The position numbers and the translations under genes were made by a program. A stretch of 32,000 nt of DNA. Origin: Gemmata obscuriglobus (GTDB lineage Bacteria; Planctomycetota; Planctomycetia; Gemmatales; Gemmataceae). This document shows positions 16,985-25,900 of the stretch, in pieces; positions within the stretch are counted from its first letter, which is position 1; each line of letters begins with the position of its first letter. The stretch lies in contig NZ_CP042911.1 in NCBI RefSeq assembly GCF_008065095.1, positions 8,040,001 through 8,072,000 of the forward strand, written 5' to 3'. The notes beneath the pieces are model-generated. The model did no database searches, had not been told where the DNA came from, and worked only from the letters and a program-made list of their open reading frames with translations.

Positions 16985-18463
16985 TCAAACGGGAATCGGT
17001 TCCCCGAATCCCCCGGTCGACCTGCGCAGGTCGTGCGCGCGGCCTTCTCGGCACCCCAGGACGGCGCACAGGGCGGCGGCGAGCAGCACGAACGCGCCAG
17101 TGTGGGTGCCGTACACCAGCGCGAGGTCCGCGCCCCGACCGCCGAGCAGCCCAGGCCCGGCCATCAGTACGAACGAAGCGCCCAGTGCCCCGATTACGAA
17201 GATGCGCACGCGGCGGGAGATGTTCGCCACCGCAACCGCCCAGGCGAGGGCCGCCAGCGGGAGCAGCAGTACGACCGCGTGGTGCTTCCAGGTCCGCTCG
17301 CTGAAGAGGAGCATCCCGACGCAGATGAGCCCGCACTCGGCGGCGACGCGCCAGCCGTGGCGCGGGTCGGTCGGGCCGCGCACCGGCGCCCGGCACAGCA
17401 CCACCACCGCGAGCGCGAACAGGGCCGTGAGCGCCTTCACCACGACCCACGCGGCGGGCCGCCCGATGTCCGTAAGGTTGTGGTACTCGGCGGGCGTGGG
17501 GATGTCGCCTTCCGGCGTCTTCAGGTACGTAATGTAGGACGGGCTGTTGGTGAACAGCCGGTACACGAACCCTGTGACCGCCTGGTTCGGGTGCTCGGTC
17601 GTGATCTCTCCCTTGAGCAGCGGGCGCTCGACCATGAGCGCGTACCAGTCCCCCATCAGCTCGCGGTTGCGGTCGAAGCCGAACACCGCGCCCGGCACCA
17701 CCACGAGCCACAGCACCAGACCGGCGAGCGAGGCGGCGAGCGCCCGCCAGCACCGCTTCCACGCGAAGTACGCGACGAACAGCGCGGGGGTCACCTTGCA
17801 GGCGATCGCGAGCGCGAGGGTGAGCCCGGCGAGCGTGTCGAGGCGGCGGCGGAACGCTTCCAGCGTGGCCGCGACCAGGAACAGGATGAAGATGTTGACG
17901 TTGTTGTGCGACAGGTCGCCGAGCAGGGCCGGTAGGCACACGACGATCGCCGCGGCTTTCGCCAAATCGAGGCGGGCGGAGCGCGTGAGCCCACCCGCAT
18001 CACGTTCGCGGCCCGCCTGCGGCGGCGCGGGCTCGCCGGGCTGTTCCCCGCTCGCCCGGCACAGCCGGAACGCCCACACCACGGCCAGCGCCGCGAGCAG
18101 CGCTTTCGCGTAGAACCAGCCCAGCGCCCCGGCCGCCGGCGGCAGTGCCGCGAACGGCCGCAGCAGCACCGCCATGATCGGCGGGTTCGGGTACTCGTTG
18201 CGGCCGACGTAGATGTTCTCCCCGGCGAATACCCCGTTCACCATCTCGCGCCACCGCAGGAACGCCGACCGGGTCTGCTGTCCGGTGTCACCCGGCTTGG
18301 CGATCTTGGCCGCGTACTTCACGCTCATCAGCACGACCACGACAGCCAGCAGCCCGACGAACCCGGCCCGCACCCGGGCGGGATTCGTTGCGTGAGCGGT
18401 GCGGAGCCATCCGGCGAACCGCGAGAACGACAACAGACGCACGCTCCACCCCCTCCCGGCCAC
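16985..18463 (-). CDS. Polytopic membrane glycosyltransferase, GT87 / DUF2029-like (polyprenol-phosphate-sugar dependent GT-C type)
   Basis: 492 aa with a GTG start at 18463. There are more than 10 hydrophobic segments. Motifs I associate with DUF2029/GT87 (PimE-like) proteins are present: early-loop YPNPPIMAVLLRPF, DLSHNNVNIFILFLV, and LAIACKVTPALFVAYF. The family call is from memory and needs an HMM search. It is the first gene of the minus-strand operon. Confidence 0.7.
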   Translation of the reverse strand: MAGRGWSVRLLSFSRFAGWLRTAHATNPARVRAGFVGLLAVVVVLMSVKYAAKIAKPGDTGQQTRSAFLRWREMVNGVFAGENIYVGRNEYPNPPIMAVLLRPFAALPPAAGALGWFYAKALLAALAVVWAFRLCRASGEQPGEPAPPQAGRERDAGGLTRSARLDLAKAAAIVVCLPALLGDLSHNNVNIFILFLVAATLEAFRRRLDTLAGLTLALAIACKVTPALFVAYFAWKRCWRALAASLAGLVLWLVVVPGAVFGFDRNRELMGDWYALMVERPLLKGEITTEHPNQAVTGFVYRLFTNSPSYITYLKTPEGDIPTPAEYHNLTDIGRPAAWVVVKALTALFALAVVVLCRAPVRGPTDPRHGWRVAAECGLICVGMLLFSERTWKHHAVVLLLPLAALAWAVAVANISRRVRIFVIGALGASFVLMAGPGLLGGRGADLALVYGTHTGAFVLLAAALCAVLGCREGRAHDLRRSTGGFGEPIPV

Positions 18464-18610
18464 AAGGAAGCGGGATCATCGCGCAGACCGACCGTCGTGG
18501 TCAACCCGAAGCTCGTGCCACCCGTGGCGCGGCGGCGCGGTCTTGACCTTGCTCGGTTCGTCGGGTTGCTGCTAGGCTCCCGCCCGGAACTGCGGCAAGG
18601 ACCTGAACTC
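18464..18610. promoter_or_regulatory. Divergent promoter region between the GT87-like operon (-) and the 18611 membrane-protein gene (+)
   Basis: A 147-bp gap lies between two divergently oriented start codons. There is a weak sigma70-like candidate, TTGCTC-N18-TAGGCT, on the plus strand around 18550-18580. The call is inferred from gene geometry only. Confidence 0.4.
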
Positions 18611-20539
18611 ATGAACGATACGCCGACCGGCGGATTCCGCGAGCAGCCCGCGTGGCTGGTGGCCGCGGCGGTGGTTGTGGTGGCACAAACCGGGCTGGCG
18701 CTGGGGCTGTTCGGCCCCGGCCGCCCGTGGGCCGCGGTGACCGACGACCGCCCGATTGTGTCGGGGCGGCACCCGCTGCACCTGTACCACGGGACGCTCG
18801 GCGCCGCGGCGTTCCGCGACCACCGGAACGCCACCTGTTACGACCCGGCGTTTCAGGCCGGGTACCCCAAAACCCCGGTCTTCGACGGCGGCAGCCGGCC
18901 GGCGGAGCTGTTCGCACTGGTGGGCGGCCCCGGGTACCGCCCGGCGGCGTACAAGGTGGGCGTGCTCGTCTTCCTGATGCTAATCCCCGGGGCCTTCATC
19001 GCGGCGGCCCGCGGGGCGGGGCTGCCCGCCGGCCCCGCGGTGCTGACCGGGTGCTTCGGGGTGCTGCTCGCGTGGTGCCCGGCGGTCCGGGCGATGCTCG
19101 AGGAGGGGCAACTCGACCTGCTCGGCGCCGGGCTGGCGGCGGCGGTGTTCGTGCCGTGGCTCGGCCGGTACGCGCGATACCCGGGGCCGGAGCCGTGCCT
19201 GGTGCTCGCGGGGCTGGCGCTGGCGGGCTGGTACGCGCACCCGCTGGTGTGGGTCGGGCTGCTCCCGGTGATGTTCGTGTTCTACCTCGTGTTCGCGCCG
19301 CAGCACGGCCCGGGGTGGCACCTCGGGCTCGCCGGGATCGTTTCGTTCGGCGTCGTGCCCAACACGTGGTGGCTTGTCGACTGGGGCAAATACTGGTGGC
19401 TCCGGCAGCCGTCGTCGAGCGACCACATCCCGTTGCCGTCGTGGGAGGCGGTGCTGGGCGCCCCGGCCGACTATGCGGCCCTGTGCGGGGGCCTGCCCGG
19501 CGGCGCGGTGGTGCCGCTGGTCGCGTTCGGCGGGCTGGTGCTGCTGTGGGCCGGCGGGCACCGGGCCGCGGCGTGGTTGTCCCTGCTGACCGCGGTGCTG
19601 GCGGTGTGCGCCGCGCGGCTGGCGGCGACGTGGCCGCGGGTCCCCCCGGAGGTGCCTGCGCGGGTGGCCCCGTTCGCGCTGGCGCTGCTCGCCCCGGCGG
19701 CGGCGTTCGGCGTGTGGGAGGTGATGCGGCGGGCGCGGGCGGCTGGTGCGGGCGTGGCGCTCTGCGCGGCGGCGCTGTTCCTGGTGGGCTGGGCCGACGG
19801 GCCGGGCGCGCCGTTAGCGAACCTGATGGGCGTGCGCACGCAACCGTTCCTGTTGGGACTCACGCCCGAGCAGCAGCGGCTCGTGGGCGCGCTCCGCGAG
19901 CACACCACGCCCGCGGCCCGCGTCTTGTGGGAGGAGGCGGGCGAGCGGCCGGGCGGGAACTGGTCCGTGCTGCTGCCGCTGTACACCGGCCGGGCGTTCC
20001 TAGGGGGGCTGGACACCGACTCGGAGATCGACCACGGGTACTGCGGGCTCCGGAACCAGTGCCTGAGCGGGCGCCCGCTCGCCGAGTGGACCGACAAGGA
20101 GCTGTCCGAGTTCTGCCGCTGGTACAACGTGGGCTGGGTGGTGTGCCGCACCGCGGGCACCGCGGAGCGGTGGGAGCGGTGCGCCGAGGTGAACGAGCGG
20201 GGCGAGAAGAAGCCGCTCGCGAGGGCCGTCACGCGGTTCACCGAGAACGGCCAGCCCGTGGTGCTGTTCGCGCTCGACCGCCCGCTCACGTTCGTGCTCG
20301 ACGGGCGCGCCGTACTGGAATCGGCGGACGCGAAGCGAATTGTGCTGACCAACGTCGAGCCGAACGCACTCGGCTACGTCGACCTGAGCTTCCACGATTT
20401 CGGTGGGCTGCACGCGTACCCGAGCTACGTGAAGCCCCTCAAGTGTTCCAACCCGGTGACGCGGGACCCGGTGGACCACATCCGGCTCTCCGTGCCCGGC
20501 CCGGTGCCCCGCATCGTGCTCGTGTGGGAGCACCCGTAA
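18611..20539 (+). CDS. Polytopic membrane protein (~11 TM) with a ~200-aa C-terminal soluble domain; possible GT-C-fold glycosyltransferase (speculative)
   Basis: The start is set at ATG 18611 (MNDTPTGGFREQPAWLVAAAVVVVAQ...). The track start at 18392 would overlap the divergent gene. It has many hydrophobic helices and a first loop carrying acidic and His residues (AVTDDRPIVSGRHPLHLYHG...YDPAFQAGYPKTPVFDGG). The C-terminal domain is globular (…DKELSEFCRWYNVGWVVCRT…RIVLTNVEPNALGYVDLSFH…). I recognised no defined family. Confidence 0.8.
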   Translation: MNDTPTGGFREQPAWLVAAAVVVVAQTGLALGLFGPGRPWAAVTDDRPIVSGRHPLHLYHGTLGAAAFRDHRNATCYDPAFQAGYPKTPVFDGGSRPAELFALVGGPGYRPAAYKVGVLVFLMLIPGAFIAAARGAGLPAGPAVLTGCFGVLLAWCPAVRAMLEEGQLDLLGAGLAAAVFVPWLGRYARYPGPEPCLVLAGLALAGWYAHPLVWVGLLPVMFVFYLVFAPQHGPGWHLGLAGIVSFGVVPNTWWLVDWGKYWWLRQPSSSDHIPLPSWEAVLGAPADYAALCGGLPGGAVVPLVAFGGLVLLWAGGHRAAAWLSLLTAVLAVCAARLAATWPRVPPEVPARVAPFALALLAPAAAFGVWEVMRRARAAGAGVALCAAALFLVGWADGPGAPLANLMGVRTQPFLLGLTPEQQRLVGALREHTTPAARVLWEEAGERPGGNWSVLLPLYTGRAFLGGLDTDSEIDHGYCGLRNQCLSGRPLAEWTDKELSEFCRWYNVGWVVCRTAGTAERWERCAEVNERGEKKPLARAVTRFTENGQPVVLFALDRPLTFVLDGRAVLESADAKRIVLTNVEPNALGYVDLSFHDFGGLHAYPSYVKPLKCSNPVTRDPVDHIRLSVPGPVPRIVLVWEHP

Positions 20540-20751
20540 GCACCGGGACTTGGGGCCACGTCCTTTGGCGGGCCGGGGGGATCTCGGCAACCCTCCGCCC
20601 GCACACTTTCCGGCCAGTTTGTCTCAAGCGCTATTGACCGGCTGCGGCGCGCGGGTATGCCCACGTCCCAAGCAGAAACACTGTTCGCGAGGGCCGGTCC
20701 GGTTCCGGGGGGAATCGGGCCGTTCGGCGCGCCACTGTCTAGGACGGACGC

Positions 20752-22758
20752 ATGAACCGGGCGTGGGAACTCGCAGCGGGGATCAGCCGGCGCCACTTCC
20801 TCGCGTGGTCCGCCGCGGTCGGGGCGGCCGGGCTGGCCGGGTGCAAGAGCACCGAAGCCGCCAAGCTCCAGACCCCGCGGTCGCAGATCGGGGAGGACCC
20901 GGCGGACCCGGAGACGGTCCCGACCGTCGGTTCCAAGACCTCGGTGGGCAACACCGAGGCGCTGACGGTGAGCGGGGTCGGGCTGGTGTACAACCTGCCC
21001 GGCACCGGCAGCAGCCCGGCCGCGGGCAGCTGGCGCACGATGCTCGAGGACAGCCTGAAGAAGCTCAAGCGGGACCAGACGCTCAACCTGCGCGAGCTGC
21101 TCGACGGGCCGGGCCGCACCACCTCGCTGGTTATCGTGTCGGCGCAGATCCCGCCGGGGGCGCGGGAGGGCGACCCGATCGACGTGCAGGTCACCCTGCC
21201 CGACGACAGCAAGACCACCAGCCTGCGGGGCGGCGAGCTGTTCGCCACCGAGCTGATCACGTTCGACACCACCGGCAACATCCGGGCGCAGGTGCGCGGC
21301 CCCGCGGCGCGGGGCGGCAACCAGCTCGTCGCCGGGAGCGTGTGGGCGCGGGCGCAGGGCCCGCTCGTGGCCGGCAACATCGTCCTGGACGGGGCGGACG
21401 GTAAGGAGGCCAAGCCCGACACCGACGCCGAGGGCCGCGCGCTGTACCGGGCCGGGTTCATCGCCGGCGGGGCCAAGGTCGCGCACACCCGCCCGTACTA
21501 CCTGTTGCTGAACTCGGGCGACCAGAACCCGCGCGTCGGGGCCGCCATCGCCGAGCGGATCAACACCACCTTCCACACCACTTCGGACCCGCGGTTCAAG
21601 GTCGCCGACGCGAAGGACCGCGAGCTGATCCTGCTGAGCGTGCCGGCCGCGTACCGGCACAACCACTACCGGTTCCTGCTGGTCGCCCGGCAGGTGCCGT
21701 ACAACCCGGTCGGCGCGAACAGCGTGTACCGCCAGAAGCTCGAAGAGGAGCTGATGGACCCGGCCACCGCGCTCACCGCGGCGGTGAAGCTCGAGGCGCT
21801 CGGCGGGGACTGCCGCCGGAGCCTCAAGATCGGCCTGGAGAGCGCGTCGCCGTGGGTCCGGTTCGCGGCCGCCGAGGCGCTCGCGTACCTGGGGCAGACG
21901 GACGGCGCCGCCGAACTCGCCCGGCTCGCCGAGGACCACCCGGCCCTCCGCGCCCAGAGCCTCAAGGCGCTCGCGTCGCTGGACGACGCCGCCGGCACCG
22001 ACAAGCTGGTGGAGATGCTGACCAGCGGCGACGCCGAACTCCGCCACGGGGCGTTCATCGCCCTGCGGCTCGCCGACGAGCGGCACCCGGCGCTGGGCGG
22101 GGCGCTCATGAACCGCTCGTACTACCTGCACCGGGTCGGCGGCCGCGGGGCGTCGGCGGTCCACCTCACCGCCGCGGGGCGCAGCGAGATCCTGGTGTTC
22201 GGCGACAACGTGAAGCTCCGCGGGCCGATGCCACCGGTGCCGCTGGGCAGCGAGTTCACGGTGTCGGTGCCGGCCGGCGACGAGGGCGCGAAGGTCACCC
22301 GGGTGGTGCGCCTCAAGGACCGCGACCCCGAGGTGAAGGAGGCGCGCTGCGGCGCCGACCTGAGCGCGGTGCTCGGCGCGCTGGCGAACCTGGGCGGCGG
22401 GTACTCGGAGGCCGTCGAACTGGTCCGCCGGTCCGCCCGGGCGGAGGCGCTCTCGGCCCCCGTGGTGATGGACGCGGTGCCGCGCGAGATGAGCATCCAG
22501 CAGCTCGCCGGTTTCGCCAAGGTGGACACGACCCTGGCGAAAGCGAACGTGGAGGTCGCGAAGGTGGGTACGGTGCAGCCCGCCGTGGACGCCAACGGGT
22601 TCGAGGTGCCGGTGGACCAGGGGCCGCTGGTCGCCCCGGCCGGGGCGGCGCTGCCGAAACAGGCGCTGAACCGCAACCCGGGGCGCCTGTTCGGGCCGAG
22701 CCGGGCGTCCGACGCCCCCATCCTCGACCCGGCCGTGGTCCCGGCCGGGGGGCGGTAG
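20752..22758 (+). CDS. FlgI (flagellar P-ring)-like protein with Tat signal, lipobox, an inserted HEAT-repeat module and a C-terminal extension
   Basis: ATG at 20752 with AGGA 9 nt upstream. The Tat motif is SRRHFLA and the lipobox is LAGC. FlgI-like blocks compared with E. coli FlgI from memory: [16 protein letters not shown] ~ [61 protein letters not shown] ~ [56 protein letters not shown] ~ [46 protein letters not shown] ~ [33 protein letters not shown]. HEAT/PBS-lyase-like repeats lie at about nt 21720-22100 ([30 protein letters not shown]). Confidence 0.8.
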   Translation: [668 protein letters not shown]

Positions 22759-22796
22759 AAGTTAACCGTGTAAAGGCAGAAGGCAAACGTTGAAAA

Positions 22797-22835
22797 CGGC
22801 CCGGCGGACATTCCGTCCGCCGCGGCCGGCTTTTA
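22797..22835 (+). terminator. Putative rho-independent terminator after the FlgI-like gene
   Basis: The GC stem GGCCCGGCGGAC / GTCCGCCGCGGCC has one bulge and a short loop, and is followed by GGCTTTTAA (T-run at 22831-22834). It lies 40 nt after the stop. Confidence 0.5.
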
Positions 22836-22912
22836 ACCTGCACTCACGCTCGAGCCTTCAGAAGTTAGCGGGCTCCGACTTCGCGCTTCCGATTTTCGAC
22901 TGTTGACTTCCC

Positions 22913-25900
22913 ATGTTGAAGCGCCTCGAACTCGTCGGGTTCAAGTCCTTTGCCGACAAAACGCGGTTCGACTTCGCGCCCGGGGTGACCGGGGTGGTCG
23001 GGCCGAACGGGTCCGGCAAAAGCAACGTCGTCGACGCGGTGCGGTGGATCCTGGGCGAGCAGTCCCCGAAGAGCCTGCGCGGCGGCGAAATGGCCGACGT
23101 GATCTTCAACGGCTCCAGCTCGCGCAAGAGCCTGGGCATGGCGGAGGTGACGGTCGCGTTCGACAACGCCCGGCGGCTGCTGGCGGTCGACGCCGACGAG
23201 GTGCAGCTCACCCGCCGGGTGTACCGCGACGGCACCGGCGAGTACCTCATCAACGGCCAGATGTCCCGGCTGAAGGACCTCAAGAACATCTTCCTGGGTA
23301 GCGGCGCCGGGGCCGGCGGGTACACGATCATCGCCCAGGGGCGCGTCGACGAGATGCTCCAGGCGTCGACGAAGGACCGGCGCGCGATCTTCGACGAGGC
23401 CGCCGGGATCAGCCGGTTCAAAGCCGACAAAAACGAAACGCTCCGCAAGCTCGCGTCCGTCGAGCTGAACCTGACGCGCTCGAAGGACAAGCTCGACGCG
23501 CTCGACGGCCAGCTCCGCACGCTGCGCCTCCAGGCCACGAAGGCCCAGAAGTACAAGGAGCACTCGGACCGGTTGCGGGAGCTGCGCGTCGGGCTGGGGG
23601 CGCGCGAGTACCGCGAGCTCACCGCGGCGCTGGCGACCGAGCAGGGCGCCCTCGCCGCGCTGAAGGCGGAGGTGAGCGGCGCCACGTCGGAGGCCGAGCA
23701 GCTCGAACACCAGGCCGCGCAGCTCGACTGGCAGGTGACCCGGGGCGAGGAGGCGCTGCGGCACCACGAGGCCCGGCTGGCCGAGGCGCGGCAGCAGCTC
23801 GCGGGGTTCGAGGCGTCGCTCAAGCACGACCGCGCCGCGGCGCAGAACTTGGGCGCCGAGCTGCTGAAGGTCGGGCGCCAGCGGGCCGATCTGGGCTACC
23901 GCCTGAAGGGGCTGGAGGCGGATTCGGTCCGCGCCGCCGCGGAGAGCGCCGCGGCCGAAGGGCGGCTCACCGACGAGCGGGGCCGCGCGGACGAGGTGAG
24001 CGACGCGCTGGCGGCGGTCGTGGCGCGCCTCGCGGACCTGGAGCGGGCGCAGGCCGAGGACCTTCAGCAGCACATGGAGCTGGTGCGCCAGGCGGCGTCC
24101 GGCCGGTCCACCGCCGACGCCACGCTCGCGCAAGTGAACCGGCTCCAGAGCGAGTACACGCGGCGGCTGGCGGCCCGCGAGCACCGCGCCGCGCACCGGG
24201 CCACGCTCACCCACGCGCTCGACGGCCTGTCGCAAGAGGACGCCGACGTGCAGGCCCGGCTCGCCGCGGCCCGCGAGCAGCTCGACGACCTGACCGCGGC
24301 ACGCGACACCCTCACCGAGCAACTCGGTGAGGGGCAGGCGCGGCTCGAGGGGCTGCGCGTCGAGCAGGGCGCGCTCCGCGCCCGCATGGAGGTGCTCGAA
24401 GACCTCGAGCGGTCGCTCGAGGGGTTCGGCACGGGGGTCGCGGCGGTGTGGCGCCGGCTCGAAGCGGAGGCCGCGGACGATTACACCCCGACCGAGTTGA
24501 GCGCCGCGGTGGTCGGGCTGGTTGCGGACCTGCTCACGGTGCCGCGCGAGGTGGCCCCGCTGGTCGAGTTGGCCCTGGGAGATGCCGCCCAGCGGTTCGT
24601 CGTTCGGTCGCCGGAGGCGGTGGACGCGGTGGCCGCCGCGGTGGGCGAACTGACCGGGCGGGTCGGGTTCGTGCCGCTGAGCTTTTCCGCCACGCACGCC
24701 GGCTCGGCCGACGCGAGCGGCGAACACGGCGGCGCAGGCGGGGGGCCTTCCCTTGCGGCGCTTGTGACCTGCGACCGACCGCACTGCGCCGGGCTGCCCG
24801 CGCAGCTCCTCGGCCGCGTCCTGATGGCGGACACGCTCGCGGACGCGCGGTGGCTGGTCGCGCTGCACCCCGGCCACCGGGTGGTCACCCGCAGCGGCGA
24901 GCTGCTCGAGCCGGACGGCACCCTCACGGTCGGCCCGCTGCGGGGCGAGGCCGGGCTGGTGTCGCGCAAGAGCGAGCTGCGCGAGCTGCGCGAGCAGTTC
25001 CGTGCCACGTCGGAACTCGTCGCGGGGGCGGAAGTCGAACTCGCGGACCTCCGGCGCCGGGCCGAAGCCGCCGAGGGCACCATTGAGGCCGTCGAGGCCG
25101 AGATCGCGCTCCTCTCGGACGAGGCCGGCGGCCTGCTCCAGCGGATCGCGCGGCAGCGCCAGCAGGTCGAGCACCTGGACGCGGACATCGAGCTGATCGA
25201 GGCCGACTGCCGGACCCTCGAACAGCAGGTGCAAGAGGGCGAGGCGGCGTGGAGCGCCGCCCGGCTCGCGGCGGAGGACGCCGAGCGCGCCGCGGCGGAG
25301 CTGGAGTCCCGGCTCGCGGAGGTGAAGCGCGCGCTCGCGGCCGGCGCCGCCGACCGCACCGCCCGCGAGCAGGCCCACACCGCCGCACAGGTGGCCCTGT
25401 CCCGCGCCGCCGCGGACCGGGACCGCGCCCGGGAGCGCGCCGCCCAGCTCGAAGCCGACATCCGCAAGCGCAAGATCGAGGCCCTGGATCTGGCCGCCGC
25501 GGACCGCAACGCCCGCGGGCGGCTCGCGGACTGCACGCTCGCGGCCCTCCGCGCGAGTGCGGGCCAGGCCGACGCGTACGGCGAGAAGGAGTCGCGCGAG
25601 CGGCTCGCGGCGGAGCTGTCGGCGAAAGGCGCCGCGGACCGGGCGGACCGCGACCGGGTACGCGCCCGGCTCCAGCAGCTCCGCCACGGGTGGCAGGAAA
25701 AGCAGGCCGCCGCGCACGCCCGCGAACTCGCCGCCCACGACCTCGGCGCCCGGCTCGCCGCGCTCGGCCAGCGGATCCGCGAGGACTACGGGATCGAACT
25801 GGCCGAACTGGCGGGCGGCGCGCTCCGGCCCGCCGAGGGCTCCAGCGCGGACATTTCGGGCACCGAAGACGCTCGTGCCGACACGACCAGTTCGGAACGC

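Noticed and set aside
18464-18610. Gene-orientation switch (all genes to the left are minus, all to the right are plus) considered as a replication origin
   Set aside because: The spacer is only 147 bp and GC-rich. It has no DnaA-box-like TTATCCACA clusters or AT-rich unwinding element, and there is no dnaA or dnaN nearby. A cumulative GC-skew analysis of the full replicon would be needed to revisit this.
20425-22164. 579-aa ORF antisense to the FlgI-like gene, plus the overlapping 18652..20637 and 21852..22793 plus-strand off-frame ORFs
   Set aside because: These are Arg/Gly/Pro-rich low-complexity translations in the wrong frame or strand relative to genes with clear motifs and GC3 bias.
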